This document shows positions 62,330 to 64,000 of a stretch of DNA of 64,000 nucleotides, piece by piece. Position 1 is the stretch's first letter; each line of letters starts with the position of its first letter. Origin of the DNA: Lytechinus pictus (taxonomy: Eukaryota); the NCBI RefSeq assembly GCF_037042905.1, contig NC_087251.1:8558001-8622000 (forward strand). Reading direction: 5' to 3'. The translations under genes and the position numbers were made by a program. The notes beneath the pieces were generated by a model that worked only from the letters and a program-made list of their open reading frames with translations, ran no database searches and was not told the DNA's origin.

Positions 62330-63495
62330 GTAAGTGTTTGGATTAATTCCTATTCTCTACCTCACTGCTTTATGAAATTCAGTACTTTGTCTGAAAATTG
62401 TCAATGAGATTGTATATTTACAAACTTAAACAGAGAAATGAGCAGACTTGTATAAATCTACACAAGTTTTATGCTCCCCCCAAGACAAAAAATAGATTGG
62501 GCTTTAATTGTTGCACCTGTACACCTGTCTCCATATGGAAGAGTATCGGACAGATTTCATTGCTTATGGTTTATCACAGTGAAATATGTGTCTAGTTTTG
62601 ATAATGGATTAGATTGGATTGGATAATTCACAATTCTGGTAGAAAGGTACTTTGTACCAGTAGCATGCGTTCATTAACAGGAATTAAAAGGTTATTGTAA
62701 CAGAAATAATAGTTTATGAACAAATACAATGAGTCTTAACTCACAGATTGTCACATGATCGTCTTGTGGTGGTTTTTGTTGTCTGTCTCGTAGATAATTA
62801 TATTGACCTTTCTCTGTCTGTATATCCTTGTTTTCAGTTGTAATTAATTAAAACATTAGTTTCCAACACTGCCAATTCAATTTTTTTCAACTTAACAGAC
62901 ACTTGTTTTAGAAAATAGTCATCAATGAATCTTCACAATAGAAACTACTATGAAGTATGGAATGTTGTGAGATTTTGATCTGAAAATACAAGGAATGACT
63001 TTAAAACTTTTGCAATTTGTTTTCTTTAGAAACGTTTTAAGATATTGATCATGCCTACACGGAAGCAATGTTAGCACCCTTGAGTAAAAGATATTTAGAA
63101 GGAAATAAAGAGAGTTGTGGTTCTAGTGAATTACTGTATAAAAAAAAAATTGTGGTTTAAGCCATATTCTTGTTATTTCTCATGTCTGGTTTCAATTATT
63201 GTTCTTGAAGTCTAGATATATAAGTGTGGGAAATGAGTGTTTTTTAATGAGAATGAAAGAATTTTAGTCAAGTTTCTGTGACTCGTGATGTATGTGTGCT
63301 ATAAGAGTAATTCTGTATTTGCATGTTTTAAGGGATGCTATTGTAAATTATTAATAAGGTGATAATTTAAATAATTCCAAGAAGTTAACTGTGTTTTATC
63401 TTGATAATAATTTGCCACATTACATAATGATTTATTTTAAGCACATTACATAAAACTCAAAATGGGGAAAAAATTGCTTCCTTGCTTAGAATTGA

Positions 63496-64000
63496 TTTTT
63501 GTCTCACCTGCATAGCAGAGTGAGACTATAGGCGCCGCTTTTCCGACGGCGGCGACGGCGGCGTCAACACCAAATCTTAACCTGAGGTTAAGTTTTTGAA
63601 ATGACAGCATAACTTAGAAAGTATATGGACCTAGTTCATGAAACTTGGCCATAAGGTTAATCAAGTATTACTGAACATCTTGCCTGAGTTTCATGTCACA
63701 TGACCAAGGTCAAAGGTCATTTAGGGTCAATGAACTTAGACCATGTTGGGGGAATCAACATCAAAATCTTAACCTAAGGTTAAGTTTTTGAAATGTCATC
63801 ATAACTTAGAAAATATATGGACCTAGTTCATGAAACTTATACATAAGGTTAATCAAGTATCACTGAACATCCTGCATGAGTTTCACGTCACATGACCAAG
63901 GTCAAAGGTCATTTAGGGTCAATGAACTTTGGCCGAATTGGGGGTATCTGTTGAATTACCATCATAACTTTGAAAGTTTATGGATCTGATTCATGAAACT
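63496..64000 (+). mobile_element. Helentron/HINE-type element with ~180-bp array (copy 3, cut by window edge)
   Basis: Begins TTTTTGTCTCACCTGCATAGCAGAGTGAGACTATAGGCGCC, followed by the same array units. Confidence 0.7.

Overview
AT-rich, intron-rich, transposon-dense animal DNA. The repeat repertoire suggests an invertebrate deuterostome such as a sea urchin (inference only). There are two host genes in head-to-head orientation. (1) A minus-strand 502-aa uninterrupted ORF (9607-8099) with no family I recognise. (2) A plus-strand FG-GAP/VCBS-repeat gene resembling plant DEX1; nine phase-compatible GT-AG exons can be assembled from 14524 to 62329, and it continues beyond the window. Mobile DNA makes up much of the rest. 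A 4-kb fold-back palindrome has ~1.8-kb near-identical arms (461-4434). An intact, apparently very recent BEL/Pao LTR retrotransposon (27385-36602; 1542-bp LTRs, GGTAT TSD, 1942-aa polyprotein, no canonical PBS) is nested in a Harbinger deletion derivative inside intron 3. There are also many non-autonomous elements (TTAA/Kolobok-type, Harbinger, P-type, hAT-type, Helentron-type, CCCGGG-ended, long-TIR), tRNA-derived SINEs and an L2 relic. A short insert inside a (TA)n tract folds into a minimal type I hammerhead ribozyme (47065-47118). All family assignments come from manual motif reading; no database searches were run.
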